The position numbers were made by a program, and so were the translations under genes. Below are positions 15,749-24,189 of a stretch of 32,000 nt of DNA, piece by piece. Source of the DNA: Erysipelotrichaceae bacterium MTC7 (GTDB lineage Bacteria; Bacillota_I; Bacilli_A; Erysipelotrichales; Erysipelotrichaceae); assembly GCA_001695645.1 (NCBI GenBank), contig LVZN01000010.1, forward strand, positions 1 to 32,000. Direction: 5' to 3'. Every line of letters starts with the position of its first letter. Position 1 is the first letter of the stretch. The notes below the pieces were generated by a model that made no database searches, had not been told where the DNA came from, and was given only the letters and a program-made list of their open reading frames with translations.

Positions 15749-17278
15749 ATGCAAAACACACTACAAGTTAAAAACGTTACACTTAGCGATTTAAGTGGAA
15801 AAGTGATGGTGGAGGATTTAAGCTTCATCATCAATCAAAATGATAAAATGGCCATTATTGGCGAAGAGGGAAATGGAAAAAGTACCTTGCTAAAAGCCAT
15901 CTACAATCCGGAATGGATTGCAAGTTATGCAAAAATAACGGGAACTATTGACATGCAGTTTTCACTCGTGTCCTTTCTAGCACAAAAGTTAGAGGATGAG
16001 TGGAACGCATGTTTTTTATATGAATACTTGTTGAAAGAAACCATAGACGAAGAATGTGACTACAATCGATATCAAAGATATGAGGAAATATGCGCAAGCA
16101 TTCATATCGATAATGAACTCTTGTATAAAGATCAAAAAATGAGTTCTCTGAGTGGAGGAGAACGTGTAAAAATGCAAATTGTAAAAATGTTGTATCATAG
16201 TCCAGATTTGCTATTGATGGATGAGCCGACCAACGACATTGACTTATCAACCATCGAATGGTTGACACGATTCATTCAAGAAAGTGAACAGACCATTGTG
16301 TTTATTTCGCATGATATTGATTTGATCGATCGTTGCGCTGATGTGATTTTACACTTGGAACAACGAAACAAGCGTAATAAACCATTTTGGTCTTTACACT
16401 ACGAAAATTACAACACGTATGCAAATCAACGAAAAGAATCATACGAAGAAGAAGTACGTCAAACCAAAAAAGACAAACGTGCACATATGAAAAAAATGGA
16501 TCATATGAACGATTTGAAAAACAAGGTTACACATGCACACAACAGTGTGTCTAGGCAAAATCCAGCAATGGGTCGTTTGTTGAAAAAGAAAATGCGTGTT
16601 GTTAAAGGAATTGAACGACGAATGAATGAAGAAGATTTCTCGATTGATTCCTATGAAGAATCCATCAACCTACACTTGCCTGAAACAGGATATGCTGCTG
16701 GCAAGGAAATCTTGTTATTTCATCAAGATGTGTGGATTGGACAGCGCTTGTTGGTCAAAGATGCCAAACTGGAAATGTATGGAAAAGATAAAGTGGCACT
16801 AATTGGTAATAATGGAACCGGGAAAAGTGTCATGCTAAAAAGCATGTACAAGCATATGAAAGAAAAAGATTTGGATGTCATCATGATGCCGCAAAATTAT
16901 GATGAGCTTTTGGATTATACGAAAAGTCCAGTGCAGTTTATGTTGGATGAAACAAGTTTGTTGCTAAGTGATGTACAAACCCTGTTAGGGTCCATACATC
17001 TTTCCATCAAAGAGATGAGTGATCCAATAGAACAATTAAGTGAAGGACAAAAAGCAAAAGTTTGCTTGGCATATGTTATCGCCAAAAATCCTAAGGTGTT
17101 ACTAATGGATGAACCAACCCGAAACATCTCACCATTAAGTAAGCCGGTGTTGGTTCAATTGCTTGAAAACTATACGGGTGCTTTATTGCTGACAACACAT
17201 GACCGATACGTTTTGGATACCTTGGATGTGACGGTTTATAAGATTGAAAATCAAAGATTGTCTAAATGGCATAAGTAG
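15749..17278 (+). CDS. ABC-F family ATPase (two ABC domains, no TM domain); possibly ribosome-protection (ARE-like) type
   Basis: Start moved from the track's TTG 15692 to ATG 15749, which has an AAGGGAGG SD at 7 nt. Domain 1: GEEGNGKST, LSGGERVKM, LLLMDEPTND, ISHD. Charged linker of roughly 100 aa (RQTKKDKRAHMKKMDHMNDLKNKV...GRLLKKKMRVVKGIERRM). Domain 2: GNNGTGKSV, LSEGQKAKV, LLMDEPTRN, TTHD. The protein ends directly after domain 2, as Msr/Mel-type proteins do. Confidence 0.85.
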   Translation: MQNTLQVKNVTLSDLSGKVMVEDLSFIINQNDKMAIIGEEGNGKSTLLKAIYNPEWIASYAKITGTIDMQFSLVSFLAQKLEDEWNACFLYEYLLKETIDEECDYNRYQRYEEICASIHIDNELLYKDQKMSSLSGGERVKMQIVKMLYHSPDLLLMDEPTNDIDLSTIEWLTRFIQESEQTIVFISHDIDLIDRCADVILHLEQRNKRNKPFWSLHYENYNTYANQRKESYEEEVRQTKKDKRAHMKKMDHMNDLKNKVTHAHNSVSRQNPAMGRLLKKKMRVVKGIERRMNEEDFSIDSYEESINLHLPETGYAAGKEILLFHQDVWIGQRLLVKDAKLEMYGKDKVALIGNNGTGKSVMLKSMYKHMKEKDLDVIMMPQNYDELLDYTKSPVQFMLDETSLLLSDVQTLLGSIHLSIKEMSDPIEQLSEGQKAKVCLAYVIAKNPKVLLMDEPTRNISPLSKPVLVQLLENYTGALLLTTHDRYVLDTLDVTVYKIENQRLSKWHK

Positions 17279-17409
17279 CATTTGTGAATTTCGTTCTTTG
17301 TTTCACAAGTTCTCTCGCACATAGTGTATACTATAAGTATAGTAGCTATGTAAATGACAAAGGATGTGATCGTATCAAAGACAATATTTCAATGGAAGTA
17401 GGCGTAAAT

Positions 17410-17640
17410 ATGAGTGGCGTTTCAACCAATACAAAGAAACTCTATTTAAAGAAGAATCGAATCTTAATTTCTGTGGAATTAAACGATTTTGCCACCCAAA
17501 AAATGATGCAAGATGTAAGTCAAAGTATTATGCAAAACAAAGTAGTAGATAACATAGCGAACACATTTGATCGACATGATTTGGATATTATTTCCTTTCG
17601 TGTGGATTCTACACAAGATGTCACGTATTTGATTCATTAA
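17410..17640 (+). CDS. Small hypothetical protein (76 aa from ATG 17410; track ORF opens at GTG 17284)
   Basis: 357-nt open frame in a stop-rich AT-rich background, followed by its own terminator. Only a weak SD (GGAAGTAGG). No family recognised and the start is uncertain (alternative ATG at 17392). Confidence 0.4.
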   Translation: MSGVSTNTKKLYLKKNRILISVELNDFATQKMMQDVSQSIMQNKVVDNIANTFDRHDLDIISFRVDSTQDVTYLIH

Positions 17641-17654
17641 GTGACAACGTAGTG

Positions 17655-17693
17655 AAAAAGCAATCATTCGCTTTGCGTCTGACTGCTTTTTTT
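17655..17693 (+). terminator. Rho-independent terminator for the small + strand ORF
   Basis: AAAAAGCAATCA (17655..17666) pairs with TGACTGCTTTTT (17680..17691) with one mismatch; the T-run extends to 17693. Confidence 0.55.
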
Positions 17694-17695
17694 GT

Positions 17696-17731
17696 GGAAA
17701 TAAAAAGCATACAACAAATGATGTTGTATGC
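17696..17731 (-). terminator. Rho-independent terminator for the J-domain gene
   Basis: Perfect 10-bp stem GCATACAACA (17707..17716) with TGTTGTATGC (17722..17731), 5-nt loop. On the minus strand it is followed by TTTTTATTTCC. It begins 8 nt after the stop codon. Confidence 0.75.
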
Positions 17732-17738
17732 ATGTATG

Positions 17739-18230
17739 TTAGATAAACATCCAACCAAAGAAGAAACGAATAATCATCAAATAAAAGAATATTTGCATGA
17801 TAAATGCGAAGATTCTAGCAAACCCACTTTGACGAGGTCTCGTATTTCGTTGGTAATAGTATTGTTGTTGGCCAGAATAATTTCTTTGTTGTTGCTGTTG
17901 TTGTGCTTGAGCACGGAAGATTTGTTCAAAGAAATCGTTAATATCCGTATACTGTGCAGACTGGTTGGTGCGACCATAGTATTGTTGGTAGGCTTGTTGC
18001 TGTTGTTGATATTGGCCAGCATTATGTCCATAACGGTCATATGCAGCTTTCTTATCTGGATCACTCAAGTTTTCATAAGCTTCATTCACTTCTTTAAACT
18101 TTGCTTCAGCATCGGCTGCTTTGTTAACATCCGGGTGATACATTTTAGCCATTTTACGATATGCTTTTTTAATTTCATCAGGAGTTGAAGTTTTTGTTAC
18201 TCCCAGTACTTCATAATAGTCTTTTTTCAT
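17739..18230 (-). CDS. Tail-anchored J-domain (DnaJ-like) protein with Gln/Tyr-rich linker
   Basis: KDYYEVLGV...[12 protein letters not shown] (HPD motif)...[19 protein letters not shown] is a canonical J domain. It is followed by [13 protein letters not shown]...[21 protein letters not shown] and the hydrophobic tail [27 protein letters not shown]. There are no Zn-finger or C-terminal DnaJ domains. Start set at ATG 18230 (MKKDYY). ATGs at 18239 and 18242 are alternatives, and none has a clear SD. Confidence 0.8.
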   Translation of the reverse strand: MKKDYYEVLGVTKTSTPDEIKKAYRKMAKMYHPDVNKAADAEAKFKEVNEAYENLSDPDKKAAYDRYGHNAGQYQQQQQAYQQYYGRTNQSAQYTDINDFFEQIFRAQAQQQQQQRNYSGQQQYYYQRNTRPRQSGFARIFAFIMQIFFYLMIIRFFFGWMFI

Positions 18231-18342
18231 TGTGCACATCATAAACCGAAATGCAAAAAAATACAAGTGCTTCAAAAACTTTCAGTATTTGTTCACAATT
18301 TGATATAATAGTCATATAACGAAATGTAAAAGGGGACGGCTT

Positions 18343-19425
18343 ATGGATAGAGAAATGAACCAGGTGTTACGAACACCATCAAATTATTTACAAGGTGTGA
18401 ATATTACATTGGATTTATCAAACGTATTGGAATTAAATGATGATGCGACGATACTTATTATTGTTGATCGTCATACGATGAAAGATTATCGCGAGCGAAT
18501 TGAAAAAGCGCTTGATACAGCTGAAATGTATGAATTTTTGGTGTATGAAGGTTTGCTAACACAACCTGCACTGGATCGCATCGTGCAAGAACATCAGGAT
18601 TTTGATTTCCAGTGGGTCATTGGTTTCGGTGGTGGAACCGTTATGGATGTTGCAAAAGCGGTATCGATGGCTTTACAAACGAGAGTTGCTTTAATTCCTA
18701 GCATTGCTTCTACGGATGGACCATGTTCTCGACTTGCTGCCTTGTATCATGAGGATGGTAGTTTCTCGCATTACTTGGTACGTGAGCAATCACCTGAATA
18801 TGTTGTGGTCGATTTATATATCCTATCAAAAGCACCGGTGCGTACATTTGTTGCTGGTATTGGTGATGCACTTTCAACCTATGTTGAAGCCAATGCTTGT
18901 TACTTGTCAATGTCCGTTAATGATGCCGGAGGACTAGATACGTTCTCATCTTTAATGATCGCACAAAGTTGTAAAGAAGTAATCTTCGACGATGCTTTAC
19001 GCGCGGTTGAAGATTTGAAAGCACAGGAAATTTCACCAGCATTCAAGCGTGTGGTGGAAGCAAATATTTATTTAAGTGGTGTTGGCTTTGAAAGTGGAGG
19101 ATTGTCCATTGCACATGCTTTGAACAATGGTTTATCGCAGGTGAAAACCGAACCGAAGTTTATGCACGGGGAAGTTATTGCCTATACGACCTTAGTACAA
19201 CTTGCAGCGGATAACAATGGCGAGTTCTTCAAATACAAACAACTTTGCAAAGCATTAGGTTTACCAACAAAGCTTGCTGACTTTGGCTTAACATTAAATG
19301 ATGAGTTAAAACAAGTGATTCGTGAACGTTGTTTTGTGAAAGGCAGTAGCATGTATCATGTGCCATACGAAATTAGCCCTGAATTGATCTTTGATGCAAT
19401 CGAGAGAACAGAAAAATCAAGATAA
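18343..19425 (+). CDS. gldA: Glycerol dehydrogenase (iron-containing alcohol dehydrogenase family III)
   Basis: GFGGGTVMDVAKAV, IPSIASTDGPCSRLAALY and HALNNGLS...HGEVIAY metal-site blocks typical of GldA. AAGGGGA SD, with an extended -10 TGATATAAT at 18301..18309. Confidence 0.88.
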   Translation: MDREMNQVLRTPSNYLQGVNITLDLSNVLELNDDATILIIVDRHTMKDYRERIEKALDTAEMYEFLVYEGLLTQPALDRIVQEHQDFDFQWVIGFGGGTVMDVAKAVSMALQTRVALIPSIASTDGPCSRLAALYHEDGSFSHYLVREQSPEYVVVDLYILSKAPVRTFVAGIGDALSTYVEANACYLSMSVNDAGGLDTFSSLMIAQSCKEVIFDDALRAVEDLKAQEISPAFKRVVEANIYLSGVGFESGGLSIAHALNNGLSQVKTEPKFMHGEVIAYTTLVQLAADNNGEFFKYKQLCKALGLPTKLADFGLTLNDELKQVIRERCFVKGSSMYHVPYEISPELIFDAIERTEKSR

Positions 19426-19429
19426 AAAA

Positions 19430-19462
19430 ATCCTTGTAACTTCAAGTTGCAAGGATTTTTTT
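19430..19462 (+). terminator. Rho-independent terminator after gldA
   Basis: ATCCTTGTAAC (19430..19440) pairs with GTTGCAAGGAT (19446..19456) with one G-U pair, then a T7 run. Confidence 0.85.
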
Positions 19463-19477
19463 GATGAACAGTTGGTA

Positions 19478-19511
19478 TTGACGTAGGTACATAAGTATTA
19501 TACAATTGTAT
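19478..19511 (+). promoter_or_regulatory. Promoter for ABC exporter pair, with a 12-bp perfect palindrome over the -10
   Basis: TTGACG (19478..19483), 17-nt spacer, TACAAT (19501..19506). ATACAATTGTAT (19500..19511) is its own reverse complement. Confidence 0.5.
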
Positions 19512-19554
19512 CAAGACATTAATACAGTGGAGAGTTAATGCAAAGGGGAAATAT

Positions 19555-20271
19555 ATGATTGAAGTAAAACACTTAACAAAAACTTATGGAAATTTTAAAG
19601 CAGCAGAAGATGTAAATCTTGTCGCCAAAGACGGAAACATCACGATTCTTTTGGGTCCAAACGGAGCTGGGAAAAGTACAACAATCAAGAGCATTGCCAA
19701 TCTTTTAAAGTTTGATGGTGAAATTGACATTTGTGGCTATCCAAATACAGAAGTGGAGGCCAAACAAGCGTTTGGTTACATTCCAGATACACCTGTATTA
19801 TACGATTTATTAACAATTGATGAACACGTCGATTTCATTGGAAGTGCATACCGTGTTGAAAACTATCGCGAAAGTGCAGATTACTACATTCGTTTGTTTG
19901 ATTTGGAAGAGAAACGGAAGAGCGTTGCCAAAGAGTTAAGTAAAGGGATGCGTCAAAAAGTTAGTATGTTACTTGCCTTGGTCATTCAACCAAAAGCGCT
20001 TTTGATTGACGAGCCTATGGTTGGACTAGATCCAGCAAGCATTGAAGAAACGCTTGGTTTATTTGTGAAATTAAAAAATGAAGGATGTGCAATTTTGATT
20101 AGTACACATATCATTGATATTATCGAAAACGTTTGGGATGAAGCATACATTATGGATCATGGACGCATTGTGAAAACCGCAAGTCGTGAAAGTATGAATG
20201 GTGATTCATTGAAAGAACTATTCTTTCAATATACAAGCGTCGAGGTGAAAAAAGATGAAATCCTTGATTAA
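19555..20271 (+). CDS. ABC transporter ATP-binding protein (ABC-2/DrrA-like)
   Basis: GPNGAGKST, LSKGMRQKV, LLIDEPMVGLD, STH. Confidence 0.9.
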   Translation: MIEVKHLTKTYGNFKAAEDVNLVAKDGNITILLGPNGAGKSTTIKSIANLLKFDGEIDICGYPNTEVEAKQAFGYIPDTPVLYDLLTIDEHVDFIGSAYRVENYRESADYYIRLFDLEEKRKSVAKELSKGMRQKVSMLLALVIQPKALLIDEPMVGLDPASIEETLGLFVKLKNEGCAILISTHIIDIIENVWDEAYIMDHGRIVKTASRESMNGDSLKELFFQYTSVEVKKDEILD

Positions 20272-21817
20272 ATTATCTTTACTAAAAATACGTGGTCAAA
20301 TACGCGCACTCTTTTCCAAACCTTCAAGTGCGATAACAACCATCGCGATTGTATTGCTTTATGGAGCCATTGTTGTTGGGAATATGATGTCAGGTGAAGT
20401 GCAAACGGCCATGGGGATGACCTTAGATATCCACATTGCTGTACTGGTTTCGCTTGGAATGACAGCACTGATGGTGTTGATGCAACTTTTAAACAAAAAT
20501 AAAGCCATGCTCATGGGAGAGGATGCATTTTACTTGCTTGGTGGTCCGTTTACACGACGACAAGTTCAATCGTTTGTCGTCGGTTATACCTATGTGCAAG
20601 CCATTTATATGTCGTTGTTATCATTGTTTGTGGTTTTATCAATTGTTGGTGGGGCTAGTTGGACAGTCTTACTGTATATCTTTATCGCTAACTATTTGAT
20701 CTATGTGATTTTTCTAGCGTTAACGGATTACTTCTATGTCCTAGGTATTGTTTTTCCAAAACGTGCAAATGTTGCAAAGTATGTTGCCTATGGGTTAATT
20801 GCTTGTCTTTTTGTCGTTGCTGGATATTTGGTGTACCAAACTGGCTTTGATATGCAAAGTGTAGCACTGACATTTGCCCAAGGAAAATCGTTTTATTTTG
20901 TTCCTGTCTTCGGCTGGGCAAAAATGTTTATTAGTGGCGCAGTTGATGGTCAAGTGTTCGAAACAATTCTTGGTTTAGGTTTGTTAGTAGGAGCAGCGGT
21001 GATTGTTTTTATCCTATTTAGAAACTTCCCATATGACTATCACGAACAAGCCATTGAAGACTCATTTGCATTAAGTCAAAAGATGAAGTCCGCGAAGAAA
21101 GGAAATATGGATGCCCTTCGTGATACTTCAAAACTAAAACAATACAATAGTTCGTTTGCAAAAGGAGCATGGGCGATATCGAGTAAACTCATCTTGGAAA
21201 TGCGTAAGCGTAAAACCCTGGTTTCGATTCAAGAACTTATCACCTTAGCTGTTTTTGCGGGAATGTCCATTATTCTAGAATTTGGGATTGTCTGGTTTAG
21301 CGCAATGCTTATCTACTGGGTAGTCATTAGTGCCCAATCTGCCAACTTTAAAGATGAATTTCAAAACTACATGATTTACTTGATTCCAGATTCTCCTGCA
21401 AAAAAACTGTTAGCCATCATTGGACCAGTGATTGTAAAAACAACCATTGTGACAACGTTAGCTATTATCATTGTTGGGATTGCTGGACAAGAGAGCATGT
21501 ATGACATCGTGTATGCTGCTTTAATGGTGTTTGGTTATTTATGTGTTTGCATCAGTGCCAACATTCTAACGCTTCGTTTGTTTAAAAGCACAGCAAACCG
21601 TACATTTGTGCTATTGATGCAAATGCTTATTATCGTCGTTTGTATGATTCCAAGCATTGCTTTATCGGTATGGTTGATGTTTACCTTACATATTGGAGAT
21701 GGACAAATTTTACAACTATTTTCCATCGTATCCATTGTTTCCAATGTCGTTGTTGCTGGTGTGGTGATTTTCTTATGTCGCAATATGCTCAATGGGCGTG
21801 AACTAAAAAGTGAATAA
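20255..21817 (+). CDS. Large polytopic membrane protein, putative ABC exporter permease partner
   Basis: 520 aa with about 12 hydrophobic segments in two halves separated by a charged loop (SQKMKSAKKGNMDALRDTSKLKQ). Overlaps the ATPase gene by 17 nt. Family assignment ('putative ABC exporter' type) is from architecture only. Confidence 0.7.
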   Translation: MKSLIKLSLLKIRGQIRALFSKPSSAITTIAIVLLYGAIVVGNMMSGEVQTAMGMTLDIHIAVLVSLGMTALMVLMQLLNKNKAMLMGEDAFYLLGGPFTRRQVQSFVVGYTYVQAIYMSLLSLFVVLSIVGGASWTVLLYIFIANYLIYVIFLALTDYFYVLGIVFPKRANVAKYVAYGLIACLFVVAGYLVYQTGFDMQSVALTFAQGKSFYFVPVFGWAKMFISGAVDGQVFETILGLGLLVGAAVIVFILFRNFPYDYHEQAIEDSFALSQKMKSAKKGNMDALRDTSKLKQYNSSFAKGAWAISSKLILEMRKRKTLVSIQELITLAVFAGMSIILEFGIVWFSAMLIYWVVISAQSANFKDEFQNYMIYLIPDSPAKKLLAIIGPVIVKTTIVTTLAIIIVGIAGQESMYDIVYAALMVFGYLCVCISANILTLRLFKSTANRTFVLLMQMLIIVVCMIPSIALSVWLMFTLHIGDGQILQLFSIVSIVSNVVVAGVVIFLCRNMLNGRELKSE

Positions 21818-21818
21818 A

Positions 21819-21854
21819 AGAAAAAACGCATTTGGAAAATCCAATGCGTTTTTT
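21819..21854. terminator. Bidirectional terminator between convergent ABC permease and MFS genes
   Basis: AACGCATTTGG (21825..21835) pairs with CCAATGCGTT (21841..21850) with a one-T bulge. It is flanked by an A-run upstream and a T-run downstream. Confidence 0.8.
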
Positions 21855-23082
21855 AGATGCGGCTTGCTTTTCTAAAAAAGATGAAACCAATCATAAACAT
21901 AATGACCAACACAAAGATTCCACCACCGACAAAACCGGTGATTTGAGCAAATAACCCCATTAAAAACGTGCCAAGAAAGGATGCACCTTTTCCACAAATG
22001 TCATAAATTCCAAAGAATTCTCCACTTTTCTCTTTTGGAATGATTTTGGCAAAGTAACTACGTGATAGTGCTTGGATCGCTCCTTGAAACATACCAACAC
22101 AAATCGCCAGCACCCAAAACTCCCATTGTTGATCCAGTTGTAAGGCAAATAAAGCAATTCCTGTATACGCTAAAATACAAACTTTGATTAACTTTGCACT
22201 ATCGTGTTGTTTTGATAGTTTACCAAACAACAATGCAAATGGGAAAGCAACAAGTTGTGTGACTAATAAAGCAAGTAGTAATCCTTGGGAATCTAAACCA
22301 AGGGCACTTCCATAAGCGGTCGCCATTTCAATGATTGTATACACACCATCAATATAGAAAAAGAAGGCAATTAAGAAGAATAACACTTTCTTGTTTTCTT
22401 TTAAATCATGAATGGCACTTGCCAAACGGGCAAAACTTGCACGGATGGGATGTTTTTGTTTTTCGATGTAATGCAGTTGTTTGTAATTGCGAATCAAGGG
22501 AATTGCATTGGCTAACCACCATAAGGCATTGATGAAGAATGCGATCATCATCGCAGTTGCTAAGCTTAAACCAAACGATTCATTGAATAAGACAAAGATT
22601 AAAGAAATGACAAATGGAATACAACTTCCAATATAGCCCCACGCATATCCGTGGCTTGAAATTTCATCCATGCGTTCTTCACTTGTAATGTCTGCTAACA
22701 TCGAATCATAAAAAATTAAACTTGCTGCATAGCCAACTTTTGCCATTACGAAGATGCAAAGGAAGATTTTCCATGAGTTGGTTAATGAAAGACTAGCACA
22801 ACCAAGGACACCGACGGCTAAGGCGATGATGAACACCGGTTTGCGATAGCCTTTGGTATCCGAAATGGTTCCTAGCACCGGACCAATAAAAGCAACAATC
22901 AAGGTTGAGATACTTGCTGCATATCCCCAATAGGCTAAATAATCGACTTCCGAAATGTTGGCTTCGGTTGCTAAGAAATTAAAGTATATGGGAATGATGG
23001 TGGAAACTAACATAATGAATGCTGAATTACCAACATCGTATAATATCCAGTACTTCTCTAGCTTTGTGAGTTTTTGTTTCAT
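21853..23082 (-). CDS. MFS transporter, UMF1 (Atg22-like) family
   Basis: Start moved from the track's 23130 to ATG 23082 (MKQKLTKLEKYWILYDVGNSAF), which has an AAAGGGG SD. The W-x-x-YD-x-x-NSA opening and 12 TM segments are typical of UMF1. Confidence 0.8.
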   Translation of the reverse strand: MKQKLTKLEKYWILYDVGNSAFIMLVSTIIPIYFNFLATEANISEVDYLAYWGYAASISTLIVAFIGPVLGTISDTKGYRKPVFIIALAVGVLGCASLSLTNSWKIFLCIFVMAKVGYAASLIFYDSMLADITSEERMDEISSHGYAWGYIGSCIPFVISLIFVLFNESFGLSLATAMMIAFFINALWWLANAIPLIRNYKQLHYIEKQKHPIRASFARLASAIHDLKENKKVLFFLIAFFFYIDGVYTIIEMATAYGSALGLDSQGLLLALLVTQLVAFPFALLFGKLSKQHDSAKLIKVCILAYTGIALFALQLDQQWEFWVLAICVGMFQGAIQALSRSYFAKIIPKEKSGEFFGIYDICGKGASFLGTFLMGLFAQITGFVGGGIFVLVIMFMIGFIFFRKASRI

Positions 23083-23146
23083 ACGTGACCCCTTTTTCTT
23101 AAGTATAGGGTACATAGGTGAATTTTTCAATTTGTATATGCGCTTA

Positions 23147-23155
23147 TGTTATAAT
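23147..23155 (+). promoter_or_regulatory. Extended -10 element (TGTTATAAT) for the unknown/SUKH/yaaA operon
   Basis: TGnTATAAT match at 23147..23155. The -35 is poor (TTCAAT-like). The first ATG (23165) lies only 9 nt after the -10. Confidence 0.4.
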
Positions 23156-23164
23156 ACTCATACG

Positions 23165-23668
23165 ATGAAACTTGATGAAAAGAAAAAAGCGAGAGAAAAA
23201 ATGATCCTCAATCATGTCTATCAAGATCATGATTATACAATCGTACCAAGTGAACGCCCGGACTTTATTTTACAAGCAAAAGTGGGTGGCGAACCTTTTG
23301 GTGTAGAAATCACAGAACTGTATTTATCGGAGGCTCATGCAAAGGCAGTAAACTTGCAAATGACAAATGGGCCAATTTCTGTGCCTCGCTATGAGTCTTA
23401 CAAAGCTAAAATTCTTGAAGTGATTGCTGATAAGAATCAAAAAAGTATGGAATATCGTAAAGATGTAAGTTATTTAGAATTGATCATTGATGATCGTGAA
23501 AAACGCTTTACGAACGATAGCGAGGATTTCTTACGCTTATTGCAAGAAAGTGAGCATTTGCAACAAGTCATCAAACAATCGAATTTCAAGCGCATTTACG
23601 TACTAAGCAAATATCAAAACGCGCCAATTGTACTTGCGCTAGAAGCAAATAATGAAGTGGAGGTATAA
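23165..23668 (+). CDS. Hypothetical cytoplasmic protein (167 aa); possible restriction-endonuclease-like fold
   Basis: The track ORF (from 22955) overlaps the MFS gene and promoter, so it was trimmed to ATG 23165 (alternative ATG 23201). ERPDFILQAKVGGEPFGVEITEL resembles a PD-x(n)-ExK-type strand pair with Thr in the Lys position. No family recognised. Confidence 0.6.
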   Translation: MKLDEKKKAREKMILNHVYQDHDYTIVPSERPDFILQAKVGGEPFGVEITELYLSEAHAKAVNLQMTNGPISVPRYESYKAKILEVIADKNQKSMEYRKDVSYLELIIDDREKRFTNDSEDFLRLLQESEHLQQVIKQSNFKRIYVLSKYQNAPIVLALEANNEVEV

Positions 23669-23670
23669 CC

Positions 23671-24189
23671 ATGTTGAATGAATTAAAAGAAATTGAAATG
23701 TTGTATATGCAAGGACAAAAACGTTACGACGAAGTCGAATTGCATCCAAAGATTATGCAGTTTTATTTAAAAGAAGCACCCGTAAGTGACATCGAGTATC
23801 AAGATGTAAAGGACTTAATGGGATTTGCCTTTCCAAAAGATTTGGAAGAATTTTATACATACAAAAATGGAAGTTCAAGTTTAGAAGTCGTTGTGACAAG
23901 TAAAGATAGAAGGTATCGCATCTTGCCACTGGCTGCAATCATTGAACTCAAGATGTATTTTCAAAATAAGGAAGAAAAAAACGTCAGTGGAAAGGGGTAT
24001 GCAAATATCGAACAACCAAACTGGATTGCTTTTGGTGCAAGTGAAGATGGCTCCTTTTTATTATTAGATACGACAACGAATGATATTTTGGAATACCAAT
24101 TTGGTGAACAGGTTACAGTTGAAAAAATTGCTGACAATCTAACACAATTATTTGTCCAAACCATACCCAAATTAAAGGAACTGTTATGA
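23671..24189 (+). CDS. SMI1/KNR4 (SUKH-1 superfamily) protein
   Basis: FPKDLEEFYTYKNGSS and WIAFGASEDGSFLLLDTTTNDILEY match the two conserved SUKH blocks. Strong GGAGG SD; 2 nt after the upstream stop. Confidence 0.75.
   Translation: MLNELKEIEMLYMQGQKRYDEVELHPKIMQFYLKEAPVSDIEYQDVKDLMGFAFPKDLEEFYTYKNGSSSLEVVVTSKDRRYRILPLAAIIELKMYFQNKEEKNVSGKGYANIEQPNWIAFGASEDGSFLLLDTTTNDILEYQFGEQVTVEKIADNLTQLFVQTIPKLKELL

Noticed and set aside
17652-18188. 178-aa + strand ORF with poly-Leu runs
   Set aside because: It is the antisense shadow of the J-domain gene: CAA/CAG Gln codons read as TTG/CTG Leu on the opposite strand. It has no SD and is low-complexity. The minus-strand frame carries a canonical J domain.
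18231-18342. Looked for a CIRCE/HrcA operator (TTAGCACTC-N9-GAGTGCTAA) upstream of the J-domain gene
   Set aside because: Not present. Only an 8-bp TGTGCACA palindrome lies next to the start codon, which is too short to interpret.
19538-19558. Mini-ORF ATG CAA AGG GGA AAT ATA TGA overlapping the ABC ATPase start
   Set aside because: It has no SD of its own, and its sequence is itself the SD (AAAGGGGA) of the real gene. It is most likely fortuitous.
22955-23164. 5' extension of the 237-aa ORF (track start 22955)
   Set aside because: It overlaps the MFS gene start and the divergent promoter region, and the encoded peptide is junk-like. It was trimmed to ATG 23165, downstream of the TGTTATAAT -10.
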